Assembly (NCBI GenBank): GCA_030390025.1
Contig: CM059431.1
Coordinates: forward strand, 118,484,001-118,548,000
Direction: 5' to 3'
DNA from: Squalus acanthias
Lineage: Eukaryota
Length of the DNA: 64,000 nt
This document shows, piece by piece, positions 24,651-38,310 of this stretch; the stretch's first letter is position 1, and every line of letters starts with the position of its first letter. The notes under the pieces are model-generated. The model was not told where the DNA came from. It saw nothing but the letters and a program-made list of their open reading frames with translations, and searched no databases. The position numbers and the translations under genes were made by a program.

Positions 24651-26023
24651 TCCTTTAAAATATCTAACAAAAAAAGACTTGTGCTTCTGTAGAATGGTCA
24701 GTCTAAAGGAAAATGATCGAGATACCTAAAGGCCCATGATTCAAATTAAACAGCTAGGCCAATTAAGCACTGAAATCACAAAACCTACCAGAGTATAGTA
24801 CCACCAACACCTTGGCCATGGCAACAGGCCATTTTACTTAGAAAATAGTATTCCTTCAACTAAAAGGAAGCAAATCTTCCATTAAAAAAAGGATAAACAA
24901 ATCCACAATTTATTAAATCAGTGATCAAAAAAATCAAATTTGAAATTGGAAACTGTGGATAACTGATTCCTTATGAGAGAGTTATTTAATTGGCACCACT
25001 GTATGGTTTGTTTTTGGTGTCTGGCAGTTTTGGGCTCTTCTAAACTGGTTTCCTGTTCACTGGCTTTAATAAAGAAATCTGGGACTGATTTAATCAGGAA
25101 GGAGGCTAACAGGCCCAGGCACAGACAGTTATCAGTCAAAAGGTGCGTACAATAGGGGGAACTGAATAATCAGATTATAGGCATGGCGGAACAAACATCA
25201 GACAGATAGCTCAACTTGAGTGGAATGGATGGGACAACTGTCCAGAAAGTTGCAGCATATTCCCTTTGAACTAGGGATCAGCTGTACACATGGAAAGAAA
25301 GTTTCAGCCTATCCCTTTCTGACTAAGGTGCATGGTATACACATGAAAGAGAGGTAAAGATTATAAAGATTATATTAATCAGGTGGAATCCAGGGTAGAG
25401 AGAGAAGACGACTAAGGAACGTAATTACCCGAGGTTTTGAGTTCTACTTCCCAGACAAGGTCGTATAAATGCTTTGCTGATAAAATGTCACTGATACGCA
25501 CAAATTCATCAGTTTTATAATAATCTCACTTCGCTATGACTTATTGCTAACCATCAGGTCGAATCAAAGATGTATCTTTATGATCCTATATTAATGGCAG
25601 TTTTATTTTAAGTGAATGGCAACCTTTACAATCGAAAAACTTTGTCTTTAGGATTTCTGGCTGTGTAGAGAATCTGAATTTGGGTTTAACAATGATCTCA
25701 AATTGCAATACTGCTACTAGAATTTACAGAAAATTCCCACTATGTCCTCTATCTAGAAAGGTAAGAGGAAATGTCTATCACAGATTAAGGACTCGATAGG
25801 CTAAAACAATTAATGAGATTTAGTTACAAATGCAACTAGAATTAAGAGAATGCAAGCTAGCTGGGTGTTATGATCGTTGGCCATCTCTTCTTCAGCAGTT
25901 AGAATGGTCCCTAGAAATCAAACTAAGTCCAACACACTGCCAAAGTGAATAAGAACACTATTGTTTTCATGTAGTTTGGTAATAGGATGTTGTCTTGAAG
26001 CAAATCCATCAGGTAAGAACATT

Positions 26024-26778
26024 GGGCCGTATATTCCGATCCCTATGGGTGTGTACGTGCTGTGTACGCACCCGTAGGGACATCGGAAATGCTGGTTTCA
26101 GGCATGCACAGTGCACGCGCTGAAAACCGGCATTTCCGATCTGTCAAGAATGCTCTTGACAAATCAGACACCTGCCCTGGAGAAGGGCCTCCGCGGGCAG
26201 AGAGTTCCGCTTTCTGGAGACCCTCCACCCGCAGAAAACCATTAGAATTCTTACGCCTGGTAAAAGCAGGCGTAAGGCCTGCTTTTACCAGGATAAGAGT
26301 TGAAAAATTTAAAACAAAAAGGTTTTTTCACTCATTTATCATTTAAAAATACTTTTAAAAAAAGGTAAGCTTATTTTTAGCCCCGTAAAAAACTTTAATT
26401 ATTTTTTCAAAAAATTAAATTTGTTTAAAATATTTAATTTATTGTAATTTCAAATAATTTTAAAAAGGTGATTTAAAAAAAAAATATTTAATGTTTTACA
26501 GTGTTTTTGGGGTGATCTCCATTCATATATTTGACAGGTCTATCCGTCAAGTGTATGAAGGGAGATTCCCTTCATCTATTGGCTCCCCATGGCCCACGAT
26601 CCCAGGGACGCTTGCAAACTTCCTGCGCCTCTGAGATACGTGGGCCCTGCACACTTGGAGTTTGGAGATGCCCAGGATCGGAAGTGTAGGCGCCTCAGGA
26701 GCCCTCAGATAAGTTCGTAGATTTTTCCAGATCGGAGGCCTCTGCACGCAGGAGGCCTCCAATCGGAAAATACGGCCC
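26024..26778. mobile_element. Harbinger-type MITE, complete
   Basis: 17-bp TIRs GGGCCGTATATTCCGAT and ATCGGAAAATACGGCCC; TSD ATT; AT-rich core. Confidence 0.92.
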
Positions 26779-29700
26779 ATTATGTGATAAACATGAGTAT
26801 TACTCATGGAGCTTTTTTGTCTGAATAACCTTCAGAATCCAGTAAGAAGTCAAGGATTTACAGACAAATCTGATTTTAATCAGCTTAATTTCTTTGATAA
26901 TATCTTTAAACTATGCCTGGTTTCCTTCTTCAAACTACAGTGGAGTAAAGCCTTGAAGCTTAGGACAATCTACGGCCATTTTCATCCATACAAGTTAGCC
27001 ACAGGAAAACAACATGTTTGAGTCTGATGTTACACAGTGATGAAATTGACATAAACGGTCCCCGCTTCTGAATTGGGAACATGTTACAGATTTCATTGTA
27101 TTAACAGAGCACCTGCTACTGTATTTACAATTGGTATTTTAATCCAATGAAAATGCCTTTTACGCTATAGGCCAAGTCTTAGGAGATCGGCCTAAGAAGA
27201 CCACTCTCCTGAATTTACATTGTATTCATTACACTAGTCTGCCTCTGAACCAGTGGTAAGGTGTGTTCCAAGCGGATGTACAAAGTGGTCATGACAAATT
27301 TGCCATTTGCATGTGCCAAGGTAATAGTGTGATGTAATCAGTAATTGATGGCATCACGATGCACAAAAGATTCACTGCAACAAAATAGGAGTTCAGTCAC
27401 ACGATGATGATGTGTATGCGATGATGTCATGATATTCGCAGAGGCATTCCGAAAATGGTTCTGGACCATGTTGTTGGTGGTGCAGTGTGTTTAGTGGCCA
27501 GAGTTAGACCAGTGCCAGGCACTAAAACCCAGCAAAATAAAAACAGGTCTTCCTGGCTACTGGTCTAATAAAATCCGACAGTTTTACCTTCACCCGATTC
27601 CCAGCTGTGGGAGACACAGTTATGGGAAGCAGAAGCTGAAGACCGATATAAAAATGATGATGTAGTTCACAAGGAAAAACAAGGCAAATAAACGCTTTTG
27701 AAATGAAAGAAAGAGCCAAGCCAATTTTTAAAACACTAGCTTGGGAAAGATAATGCTGTTTTATTCCACTGCCAGCTGAAAATAAAGCAGCACAAGTTTT
27801 ACCGTTTGTGACAGTAACTCGTTTAATCCTATCATTCTTCTTCAAATGTTTTTATGTGATTCATGTGTAAACAAATTGGAGAAAGCAGCAAAACCTAAAG
27901 ATCAGAACGCCAGCACATTATTTGGTCAACCTACAACTACAGGTGTTACATTAAATAGTGGTAAACTGTGGTACCGTCCACTTTGCCATGTGGGAGCATA
28001 ATTTATCAGGGGGAGTTGGAATGTTTCAGCTGGAACTCAGTCACTGCAGCATTGGTGCAAAACCAACGTTAGGGGAATACCTTAATGTCTAAAGATACAT
28101 CATTAGCTAAAAGTATGATTCCCCAGAAATCCATATAATATCTGATATGAAAAATATTCAAAGTTCAAAATTGGTACAATTTAATAAGAAAACATATTGG
28201 CATCATTAAAGGGGCTCCATTTCGTCTGAATTATATCATTAAAATATACCTCTAGGACTCTTATGTCTGTTCTGGGAACTTTTTAGAAATTCAATTCAGC
28301 AGATAGCTCATAAATCTAAAATGCTATTCACCCTCTTCCCCGTTATTGTTTAATTTCAAAATGCAATTAACAATAGTCATCTGTTCATCATAAATTAGAC
28401 AGCTTGGCCAATCTACATGTGTCTCTTAGTGCATTGTGTCTCTTACACAATAACACAAATCAAAGATGTACACTGCAAATTTTCACAAAAGGAAGATTTA
28501 AAGGGCATTTACAGGGAGACACCGTGTGAAGTTAAATTCCGTTACAGTGTAATGTGAGGTTTGAAAAATGCTCAGGTGGGCTATTACATTTTCTCCACAT
28601 TTGAAAAACTTACTGAAGAATTGCTTTAATGTGATAAACATGTAGATACTCTTGCCCACACTCCCAAAGCATTTTAATATTCAGCAGTCGGGAAGTTTAG
28701 CATGCACAGAGATCTTTTCTAGCAGAGAGAGTGGGATTGTCAGCCTACGGTGTCACGTGGGTCTTGCCAGTTGTATGTCGTGCTCTACGGCTAACAAATG
28801 AAATTCTTAATATCACAGTAAAATAATATATGACAAAGTGTTGAAGCTTGTAAAGTTTCAAATCAGATCTTCGAGAATGATGAGTTAAGCACTCAGCAGT
28901 TGAGCAGCAGCTGCTGAAAGCAAGCCTAGATCTTTACAATCCAAAACCTGCATCTTTTGTGTTTTATGCCTTTGGGATTAACAATGACTCCACTTAGAAA
29001 AATATGCTGCCTGGTTTAATGTAACACCACACCATGCTACCAGTCTCACACCATGCTGCCAAACTGTTTCTAAAATAGCAGATATTACATAGAGACCAGC
29101 AGTTTACTAACTAATACAATTAATATGGTTATTTATAATATGAAACACCAAAATTTGGCAATTACCTTTCAGAAGAACATCATTGGATGGAATATAAAGG
29201 TTTCCGACATGACTTGAACAATGTTCTGTTTCTAAACAGTGACTTCAGCCGATCTCATCTTCTCATAAACATTTTCAACAGCACACTTTGTAAAGCATCA
29301 CTGGAGCAAAGAGCAAAACAGAATCTTTTCCTTGATCAATTATTAGGATTGCAGTCTTGTTTCAAACTAGCATTTAACCAGTTTGAAGTCAACCCGACAA
29401 TTCTGCGAACCCCCTTTGAAATGAGTTTTTCCAGACACACCTACACACGTACAATTGACAATGGAGAAACTGGTAACTCAGCATAATGATACATATCCCA
29501 GAAGATAAAAACATTTTGCATAACAATGTCATAGACAAATTCTATACAATCAAATGAACTACTTCACATCAAAGGAGCCAAGCAATGAATTAAAAGTAGG
29601 AATTAAACCCATTTGATGCTTCAATCAAGGACATAATCTAATCGTTAAGTAAAGGAACAAGCAATTCACATCTTATAATATCACTCCCCCCGCCCCTTCT

Positions 29701-29785
29701 TTCCACAGATTAGTTTTCCTGATGGGTGTTTCAAATGGAACCCCTGTGTTTCAAACTTATGTATCATTCTTTTTGCAACAAAGTA

Positions 29786-29840
29786 CATAAGAACATAAAT
29801 AGGAGCAGGAGTAGCCCATATGGCCCCTCGAGCCCGCTCC
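29786..29840 (-). mobile_element. Very short CR1 3' tail fragment
   Basis: acataagaacataaataggagcaggagtagcccatatggcccctcgagcc. Confidence 0.75.
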
Positions 29841-30249
29841 TTTTTGTAGAATAATTTGCTGTTCCCTTCTTCTGTAACACGTGTATGGAAATAATCCAAT
29901 GTAGCAACATTGCCACTATTTGAATGCAGCGAGACCAGGAGACTGTGGTCTTAAGATACTGTTCCTGTAAATATGTTTAGAGTTTTCTGCATGCTTACAC
30001 AGCACTGATTCAGCTAATTTCCAATCAATAAGTATAGTGATGTACTATGAACATTAATAGACATCTTATTTCAGAAACTGTCAATATTTTATAGTAGTTA
30101 TTTTAAAGCAGAATATATAATTTAGGGGCGTGCCCTTAACAATCAGTATCTGACAATGTATCAATTAGGAAGTCAACTAGGCCCAGACTGCATAAGCCAG
30201 AAGTCTGCAAGATGTAGTTTGTAAGCTAGAAGGAGCTTTTAACAGGATG

Positions 30250-30629
30250 TTAAAATTCTAACAGGACTAGACAGACTAGATGCAGGAAGGATGTTCCCGA
30301 TGGCGGGGGAGTCCAGAACCAGAGGTCACAGTCTAAGGATAAGGGGTAAGCCATTTAGGACTGAGATGAGGAGGAATTTCTTCACCCAGAGAGTGGTGAA
30401 CCTGTGGAATTCTCTACCACAGAAGACAGTTGAGGCCAATTCATTAAATATATTCAAGAAGGAGTTAGATATATTTCTTAAGGCTAAAGGGATCAAGGGA
30501 TATGGGGAGAAAGCAGGGACAGGGTACTGAATTTGGATGATCAGCCATGATCTCATTAAATGGTGGAACAGGCTCGCGGGGCCGAATGGCCTACTCCTGC
30601 TCCTATCTTCTATGCTTCTATGCTTCTAT
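30250..30629 (+). mobile_element. CR1 3' fragment
   Basis: ORF 30291-30530 nearly identical to 19289-19528; (CTTCTATG)n tail. Confidence 0.95.
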
Positions 30630-31995
30630 GGAATCCATTACTTGATTTGTTTTTTTTTAAACTTGATTGTGATTGAGTTATCATTCAAGTTGGGATTTTA
30701 TTAAACACTAAAACAAGTTTTTGGGTTACTGCACATATATAGGGGGTTAAATTGGATAACCCCCAAAAATGGGCGCAGAGATCACAATGTGTGATTAACC
30801 CGAGCCCGTTGATTGCAATGCAGGCAGGATGCTAACTTCATGCTGCCTGCTCATTTCCATGATTGCTGCATGCAGCCAGCGCTCCCCACGCTGTTCATTG
30901 GCTGCACGCATCAGCAGGGGGCCCAATATCGTGAGTGCCTAGCACTACTTAAAGTTAGCCTGCACCTCTTAAAGGGCAGGTGTATTGTGGCTGCTGAGAT
31001 CATTCTGAATATTGTGCTGTGGAAGAATCAACAATGGCTGACCATGGGAGAGAGCGTGCACCAAGGTTTTCGGATGCTGTACTGGAGGTATTAGTAGAAG
31101 AGGTGGAAAGAAGGAGAGATGTCCTGTATCCCGACGGGGGCTGGAGGCCCTCCAGACACATCCTCAGAAAGCAGTGGTAAGAGATAGCGGTGGAGGTCAA
31201 TGCCAGGCGCGTTGCCCCAAGGACCAGAATACAGTGCAGGAAGAAGTTTAACGATCTCACAAGAGTTGTCAAGGTCAGTAAGTTCATCTTCAAATGCCAT
31301 ATCCTACCAACTGCACCACTAGCCTTATCCACTTCTCAATTCACTACACACCCATCACTCACCTACCAACAATCTCTATCAATCAGGACTCATACCTAAC
31401 ATTCACATGCTTTACCTGACCCTCACACACTTAGCACTGTTGCAAGCCTCGCACCCACATCTCACAGCTTGCGCACACTAGCAGCTATTCAAACATGATA
31501 GTCACATCAGCACAACTCACTGACACACTTCCCTCTTTCTTGCAGGAGAAGGTGACACACAACAGCAGGCAGCAAGAATTAATGGGAGGGGGACAAGCGC
31601 GCCTGCATGTTTTGACCCCCAAGGAGGAGACTGCACTGGCCATTATGGGAAGGGTCTTTGGTGAGGCCGTGACCACTGGGGGGGCTGACGCGATTGAAGA
31701 TGAGGATATCCGCATAACTAATCCTCCTTCTCTCATCCCACTTCTCCCTCATCCCTCAATCTGACTTACAAAATGCAGATGGTGCGATTATACACTAGTA
31801 ACCTTCTCCTCTCCCCTCACCACAACCCAACGCTTGTCTCTTTTTTATTTCAGATACTCAAGAACTGGAACCTGCCCAGGCAGTCGAAGAAAAACAAAAA
31901 GAAAGTGAAGATGAAGGGACACTATCACTCGATTTCACAGTCGCAGCCACCAGTTCAGATACTGAAAATATGCGTATTTTAGAGGATAGGATTGA

Positions 31996-32417
31996 AAGAA
32001 AGAAAGACTTGCATTTATATAGCGCCTTTCACAACCTCACAATGTCCCAAAGCACTTTACAGCCAATGAAGTACTTTTGAAGTGTAGTCACTGTTGTAAT
32101 GTTGGAAACACGGCAGCCAATTGCACACGCAAGCTCCCACAAACAATAATGTGATAATGACCAGATAATCTGTTTTCAGTGATGTTGATTGAGGGATAAA
32201 TATGGGCTCGGACAATGAGGAGAACTCCCCTGCTCTTCTTCGAAATATTGCCATGGGATTTTTTACATCCGCCTGAGAGAGCAGACATTGCTTTAACATC
32301 TCATCTGAAAAACGGCACCTCCGACAGTGCAGCACTCCCTCAGCATTGCACTGGAGTTTCAGCCTAGATTATTGTGCTCAAGTCTCTGGAGTGGGAACTA
32401 TCCACTGAGCCACAGCT
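31996..32417 (-). mobile_element. DeuSINE (SacSINE1-like), near full length
   Basis: tRNA-like head AGCTGTGGCTCAGTGG, Deu core, (TTTC)n tail; TSD ATTGA at 31991-31995 and 32421-32425. Confidence 0.88.
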
Positions 32418-32746
32418 TATATTGAGGCAGGATTTGCACCTGATGGGACACCGGGCACAAATACGCTGCAGCCAGGACTGGGGGAAAGGATAGCGCAGGT
32501 GCCAGCTTGCCAGAGGGCGAAGTCACACACTAGGTCTGCTGCACAGGACTCAGATGAGGACTTCGATGGGCCATGCTACAGAAGAAGGCTGATGGGTGTA
32601 TACATCAAAATGCTTGGTGCATTGGGAAGCCTGAAGGAAAGCCTGCATTCAATGTCAAGGAGCATGGAGGTGTCTGGCACCAACTTGGCACAGGGATTTG
32701 CGCAGAGCTTGAAACACTTCCTTTCCAACATGGAACGTGTGGCCAC

Positions 32747-33280
32747 TGTAAGAAATTCTGATTGTCTGACAGTTTATAGAGTTCAGACCCATGGAACAGA
32801 CAACACAAAACCCAATGAATCTGTGAAACTTTTTTAATTAAATATCAACAAGAGGTTACAAGTAATTACCAGAATACAAACTGTACTCAATTCATGTACT
32901 TATTACAAGCAAGCATCTAAAATCATTTACTTTAAGCTCAGGTGATTATAAGCACCACATACGTACTAACACCAGATGAGAGGTCAATTCAACGATGACT
33001 AGACATATGACTTTAACTGGCAACTGACCAGGTCACCATCGACTATAGCCCCGAATGTCAGCCTACAACATCCCTTTTACCCCAAAACTTGGCAACTCGC
33101 CCACAGCATTCGTGTCCCAAACTGTGTTGATAATGTTGTTTTCCTCTCTTTCTCTCTCTCTTCCTATCTGTTTTGACGCTTAGTTAACCAAGGCCAGACA
33201 TTCAAGGATTGGAGAGAGTCGTTGTTTTTCACATCTGCAGGGTTCTTGACTCGTGGTTCTCACAGAATTTTCAAGATCTT
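32747..33280 (-). repeat. 3' LTR (U3 start deleted)
   Basis: Direct repeat of 39035-39561, roughly 95% identical by eye. Confidence 0.95.
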
Positions 33281-33294
33281 GGAATTTTCAAGAT

Positions 33295-33960
33295 CGTATT
33301 TTCCGATCCCTACGAGTGTGTATGAGGTGTGTGCACACCCGTAAGGACCTCGCAAATGCCGGTTTCAGGCATGCGAAGTGCATGCGCTGAAAACCGGCAT
33401 TTCCGATCTGTCAAGAATCCTCTTGACAGATCGGACGCCTGCCCTTGAGAAGGGCCTCTGCGGGCGATAGTTCCACTTTCTGCAGAACCTCCGCCCGCTG
33501 AAATCACTTAAACATCTTGCGCCTGGTAAAAGCAGGCATAAGGCCTGCTTTTACCAGCATAAGAGTTTAAAAAAGTTAAAAAAAAATGTTTTCACTCATT
33601 TACAATTTAAAAATACTTTTAAAAAAGGTAAGTTTATTTTTAGCCCCGTAAAAAACTTTAATTTTTTTTCAAAAATTAAATTTTTGTTCATAATATTTAA
33701 TTTAATGTAATTTTAACTAATTTTAAAAATGTGATTTCAAAAAAAAAATTATTTAATGTTTTGATGTGTTTTTTCATTGATCTCCATTCATACTTTTAAC
33801 GGGTCTAAGCTGAGAGACCTGTCAAAAGTATGAAGGGGGATTCCCTTCTTCCATTGGCTCCCCATGGCCCACGTGATCCCAGGGACGCTTGCAAACTGCA
33901 TGGGCCCCTGGGATACCTGGGCCCTGCGCATTTCATCGTGGAGAGGCCCAGGAGCGGAAA
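33295..33960. mobile_element. Harbinger-type MITE, truncated
   Basis: Colinear with 26028 to about 26685; lacks the first 4 TIR bases and the right end. Confidence 0.88.
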
Positions 33961-33961
33961 T

Positions 33962-35670
33962 GCTTGTGGCGTCTGTTGATTTGACAAGTTATTATCAATA
34001 AGTATAAAACAATCACCAACTGAACAATGACTAAAACATGGGAGGTCATTCTTATCCAGGGGTGAACCTCGATATTCATACCGATATCCCACCAAGATGA
34101 ATCATCCCCAATCTTAGATATTTCTTTGCGCAGATTCTGTTTTTTCTGGGCCAAGGTATAAAAGTGCTTTTGAGACTGACTAACTCATTTCATTAACTCT
34201 ACCAGGTGTTCTGGTAGAGGTGGAATGTCACAGCTGAATTGAGTCACATACTGGTATAATTGCTCTTTTAATTCATCTTCTACAGCGATATCTACTTGCC
34301 TATGTGAATAAATGCTGAATAAAACCCGCGCTCCAAGTCTTACAAGTTGGACTGGGGTAAACCAAATAGTTCCCGCCGCAATGGGATAAGTCAGGTTGTT
34401 ACCATACTGGTATTCCCGGTGTATGGTGGTGACACCCTCGGAACGCAGATTGTACGGGGAAAAGCTGTCCTGCAACCACTTTCATGATGCAGTTCCATTC
34501 TATCCCATCCCAATCAAATCTATTAACAAGGGAGGTTCCGGTATTAAAAACAATGGCTGCATCATTTATCAGACCCCGTCGTGTTCTGATATGGTCCCCT
34601 TTAACCCTGTACCTGACATTGTTTCCTTCAGTGATCTCAGTATTTTCCCCAAAGTTATTGTTAAATCCATTACCATCTCCTGAGCCCTTGCGATATAACG
34701 GTTCTAATTCTGATTCTGCCAGTGTTATGCTGGCCCTTTCCCAAAATCCTTCTATTAATTCCCATTCCATTCTCCCATATAACCGCGCTGTTTCTAGTTC
34801 GCACCAGTTCGGTATTCCCACCTCGGTCAGATTCAATATCACAGGTACCACTTCATGATGCACATTATGGTACAATACCATCCGAGTTGGGATTACCATG
34901 AACCCAGTTGTCGGCCCCGGAGAGTGTTTGGGACAGACAACCCGGTTTCCTGTTGTTCTTCCCGTGGTTGTGTTTTATTCATGGGGGGGAGTTTAGGACG
35001 GACTTTCAATTCCACCGTGTGTATTCCGGTTTTACATTCCTAACATGATAATGTGGGCAACCCTCTGAACCCCTACACGGCCTTCCCTCCCTGTCCATGG
35101 ACCATTGCTAGGGACCCCTGTCATCTATTCCATACACTTAGATACGTTTCCCGCCTATCCAGTGGACGGGAGCTCCACAGAGCGGCTCTGCGGATATAAA
35201 ATTATGGTTAGATAGCGTTTCCGAAGGGTTTATGCATCCATAGATTCCCTCATGCTCCTGCCACCATCGTGGCCAACACAACAGAGTGTCTCCCACTGCT
35301 TGGGATTGGGTCGGGCTTCCTACATTTCCCCGAGGGTTCCCTATCTGATAATGCCTTGAATGGTTACCTGGTTCTGCTTGTAAAAACCACACCCTTGGCC
35401 CGGTGGGGCGATCTTTGCATTTTATGCAGACCCTCCCTACCTTCCTGGATCTCATAAGTGGTAACCCATACTGTCCCTGAATACACGGTTTCACAATCAC
35501 CCTTGATGTACTGGAGGGTAATGTTTCCAGTGGTGTCTCCGGGGCAACTGCAATCGAACTATTATAGGGAAAATAGTTAGTGTTGGTCCAGTATGCCGAA
35601 TAGGCTGACAGGATACTTTGAGATAGAGCAGAATCCCGATCATTGGCCAGAATAATTCCTTCATTTTATA
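33962..35670 (-). pseudogene. env: env-like class I fusion glycoprotein, disrupted
   Basis: ORF pieces 35138-35500, 34399-34899, 34185-34475 and 33933-34154; furin-like RTRR then GLINDAAIVFNTGTSLVN; SSWWDIG; TM segment VLVIVQLVIVLYLLII followed by basic residues; lies between integrase and 3' LTR. Confidence 0.8.
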
Positions 35671-36059
35671 CAGTTCAGCCTCTCAATACTGATGTATTTT
35701 TAAAACAAAACAAAACGGGACTTCCCACTTTTCTTTTTCTGCATCGGGGAATTTTCGACTCCTACCACTGATGATACCTCAAGGGTGTCTTTTTATTTCA
35801 TTTACTACGTCGTGGGGTAGGAGGGGTCTGTTGGATTTGTCTGCGGACAGGAGGTGGTTCCGAGCCTGGGGATGAGGAGGTTTCTACAGCTCCCATGTCC
35901 TGTCCACCTTCATTTGGATCATACTGTACCTGTGGAGGCACCACTTCAGGCAAGGGCGCCTCATTGGGTGGGAGTGTCCCATTAGGCGCCCCTTCATCAT
36001 CATCTCACTGGAGAGGATAAATCCAGCTCACCATGCTCAATCTTGGCTTGTTGTCTTCT

Positions 36060-36812
36060 TGACCTGCTTGTGGGCTGAAAAAGCTTCATCTGGTTAATAT
36101 GAAATCATTTGATTTCCTCAGGTAACTGAACAACTTTTACCATAGGACAAGCTTTGTCAATAATGTTATACGGGCCCTTGTAGAGGGGTTCAAAATCTCC
36201 TACCCTCGCATAGTTTCGTACCATTACCTGGCTCTCTACTTCCCATTCCTGGGGTTTACTCAGAGCCAGGTGTAGTCGGTTGCGTTGGTGTGCCTTCCCA
36301 ATGTTGTGCGCGGCCCTCAAGTTCAGTTCTTTTAAAGTTCCCCACAGGTCACTCAGCAATTTGTCCCGAGTCACCTCCTTAATTTGTTTATCAGTCAGAG
36401 TGGGGACCAACAGGTGTGTAGGGGTTTGGATGGGTCTCCCCGTTACCAATTCATGAGGGGAATGACCCGTTCCATTGGATCTGTTACTACGTATCCTCAT
36501 TAGGATTAGGGAAATTACCTCATCCCACTTAGTGTGATATTCGTTTAATTCCTTTTGCAGGGTCAACTTCGATGTATGGTTCATTCTTTCCACAATTCCC
36601 GATGACTGCGGGTTGTGGGTCACATGCCATTTCCCTTCAATTCCAAGCAATTTCAGAGTGGCTTGCATTACCTGACCTGTAAAATAATTTCCCTGGCCTG
36701 ACTCTACCATGTGAGGAAGTCCCCATCTGGAGAATACCTCTCTAACTAGGGTCTTGGCCATCCATGAGGCTGTGGCTGACTTGCACGGGAAGACTTCTAC
36801 CCACCTGGTAAT
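36060..36812 (-). pseudogene. pol: Integrase core plus GPY/F C-terminal remnant
   Basis: TRWVEVFP..FSRWGLP..ESGQG (for SDQG)..PQSSGIVER..SPHELVTGRP..YKGPY; N-terminal HHCC domain absent. Confidence 0.92.
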
Positions 36813-38310
36813 CTTGCACCATCAACACCCATCTGGCTCCCTGCTTAACAGAAAAAACAGACAATCCATTGTGGTTTGCCTACGAGCCCAATGGATTAAT
36901 TCGTCAATTCCTGATTCTCTTGTCACTGTGGAGAAATATTCACTTAAAATTAAGAAGATTAAATTTAATAATGTCCAATATCTTTAAATTTCATTCAGTT
37001 GTTGTGTGGTGAAAAGCAGCTGTGAGCGGAAAGGGTTAACTCCTTTGCCAGTTTGTAAGAAGGCGGAACAAATTGTCAGACGCACGCAATTGCGTCACTT
37101 CGCGTAAATCTTAAAAAAACTTTCCCGATCGAAAAAGACAGTTTGGTTTTCACAATTTAACAGGTTAGTTAACATTTTTCAAAAGAAGACAAACCCAGAT
37201 ACCATCAATCAGTGTCAACTTGTGTCACACAGCCTCTCGCAGCTTTCAGGTAAATTTAAAACAAAATCTTTGTGCCTTTAAAATTAGTAACACCACTACA
37301 AACATTTTGTGAAACAACTCCACACACAACAATAGCATTTCTACTGTTTTCCACTGGTCACACATACTTGAAATTAGTCAGAAGTTTCAAAAATACCAAT
37401 TGTTGATGTGATTGCCTCATGTCCGGAACTAAAGGCTTTCACACAATTTGCACCAACCAGAATTTCACCGTGGCCACAATAAAAGTCTGGTTTAAACAAA
37501 TTAATTAACCTCAATAACTCCAATTCAATTCAAACCGATATCTTAAACTAACCAGTACCGCTTGAAAAGAAAGGGAGAAGCTTGCCTCAGCTTGTAGTTT
37601 CAAAACATTCATACAAGTTTTTTTCAGACATCACTTCAGACAGAACTTTTCCTTTTCTCCTTTCTTTATTTCACCATAGGCTACTTGTCAAAAACTTAGA
37701 AAGTGGGCGTCTTGGATTTGCAGTAACCAAATTAAGAAGACAGTGCTTTGTAAACGTTCAAATTGATTTAAAATAAAATCAAACAATTGCTATTTTTTTA
37801 AATCCAATTAAAACAAAATACTTTCAGAAAGTCCAAATTAATTTCTACCAGACACGATTAGAAACCATGGCAACCGAAACTTCAAGGCTGAAGCTTATCT
37901 TTTGTAAAACAAACTGCCTCTGATTTACAGTTTGCTGTACAAGCTGTCCCAGTCAAAATATATCCAGAGCAGTGTCTTTAACTTAAAAATGCAAATCACA
38001 AAGTTTCTCTCACTTCTAGGTGCACAATCTTAAATTGAAATGAACATATTTAACACATCCATACTCTTAAAACTTCCAACATCCAACAAAGGATTAAACG
38101 GCTTTAGCTCCATGCACAGAAAAGTGGGTGGAGCTAAAACAAACACAACAGACACTTTCTTTCAAAAACAGACTTTCAGACAAAAGGAATACTGTAACTT
38201 CTTAAAATTCATAGTCAGGAAAACGTCCACACTTTAACACACACTTTCACAAAAACTGAAATTCCAGCATCCTTTAAGGTTCCTTTCAGTCAGCAAATCT
38301 TGTGTTTTAT

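Noticed and set aside
25652..25760. Possible host exon (tttgtctttag..aaag/gtaag)
   Set aside because: One frame is open but the peptide is unrecognisable and no partner exons were found.
25180..25920. Possible decayed retroviral gag-like sequence
   Set aside because: Only a vague impression; multiple stops and no diagnostic motif.
32395..32417. tRNA gene
   Set aside because: Only the tRNA-derived head of a SINE; no complete cloverleaf.
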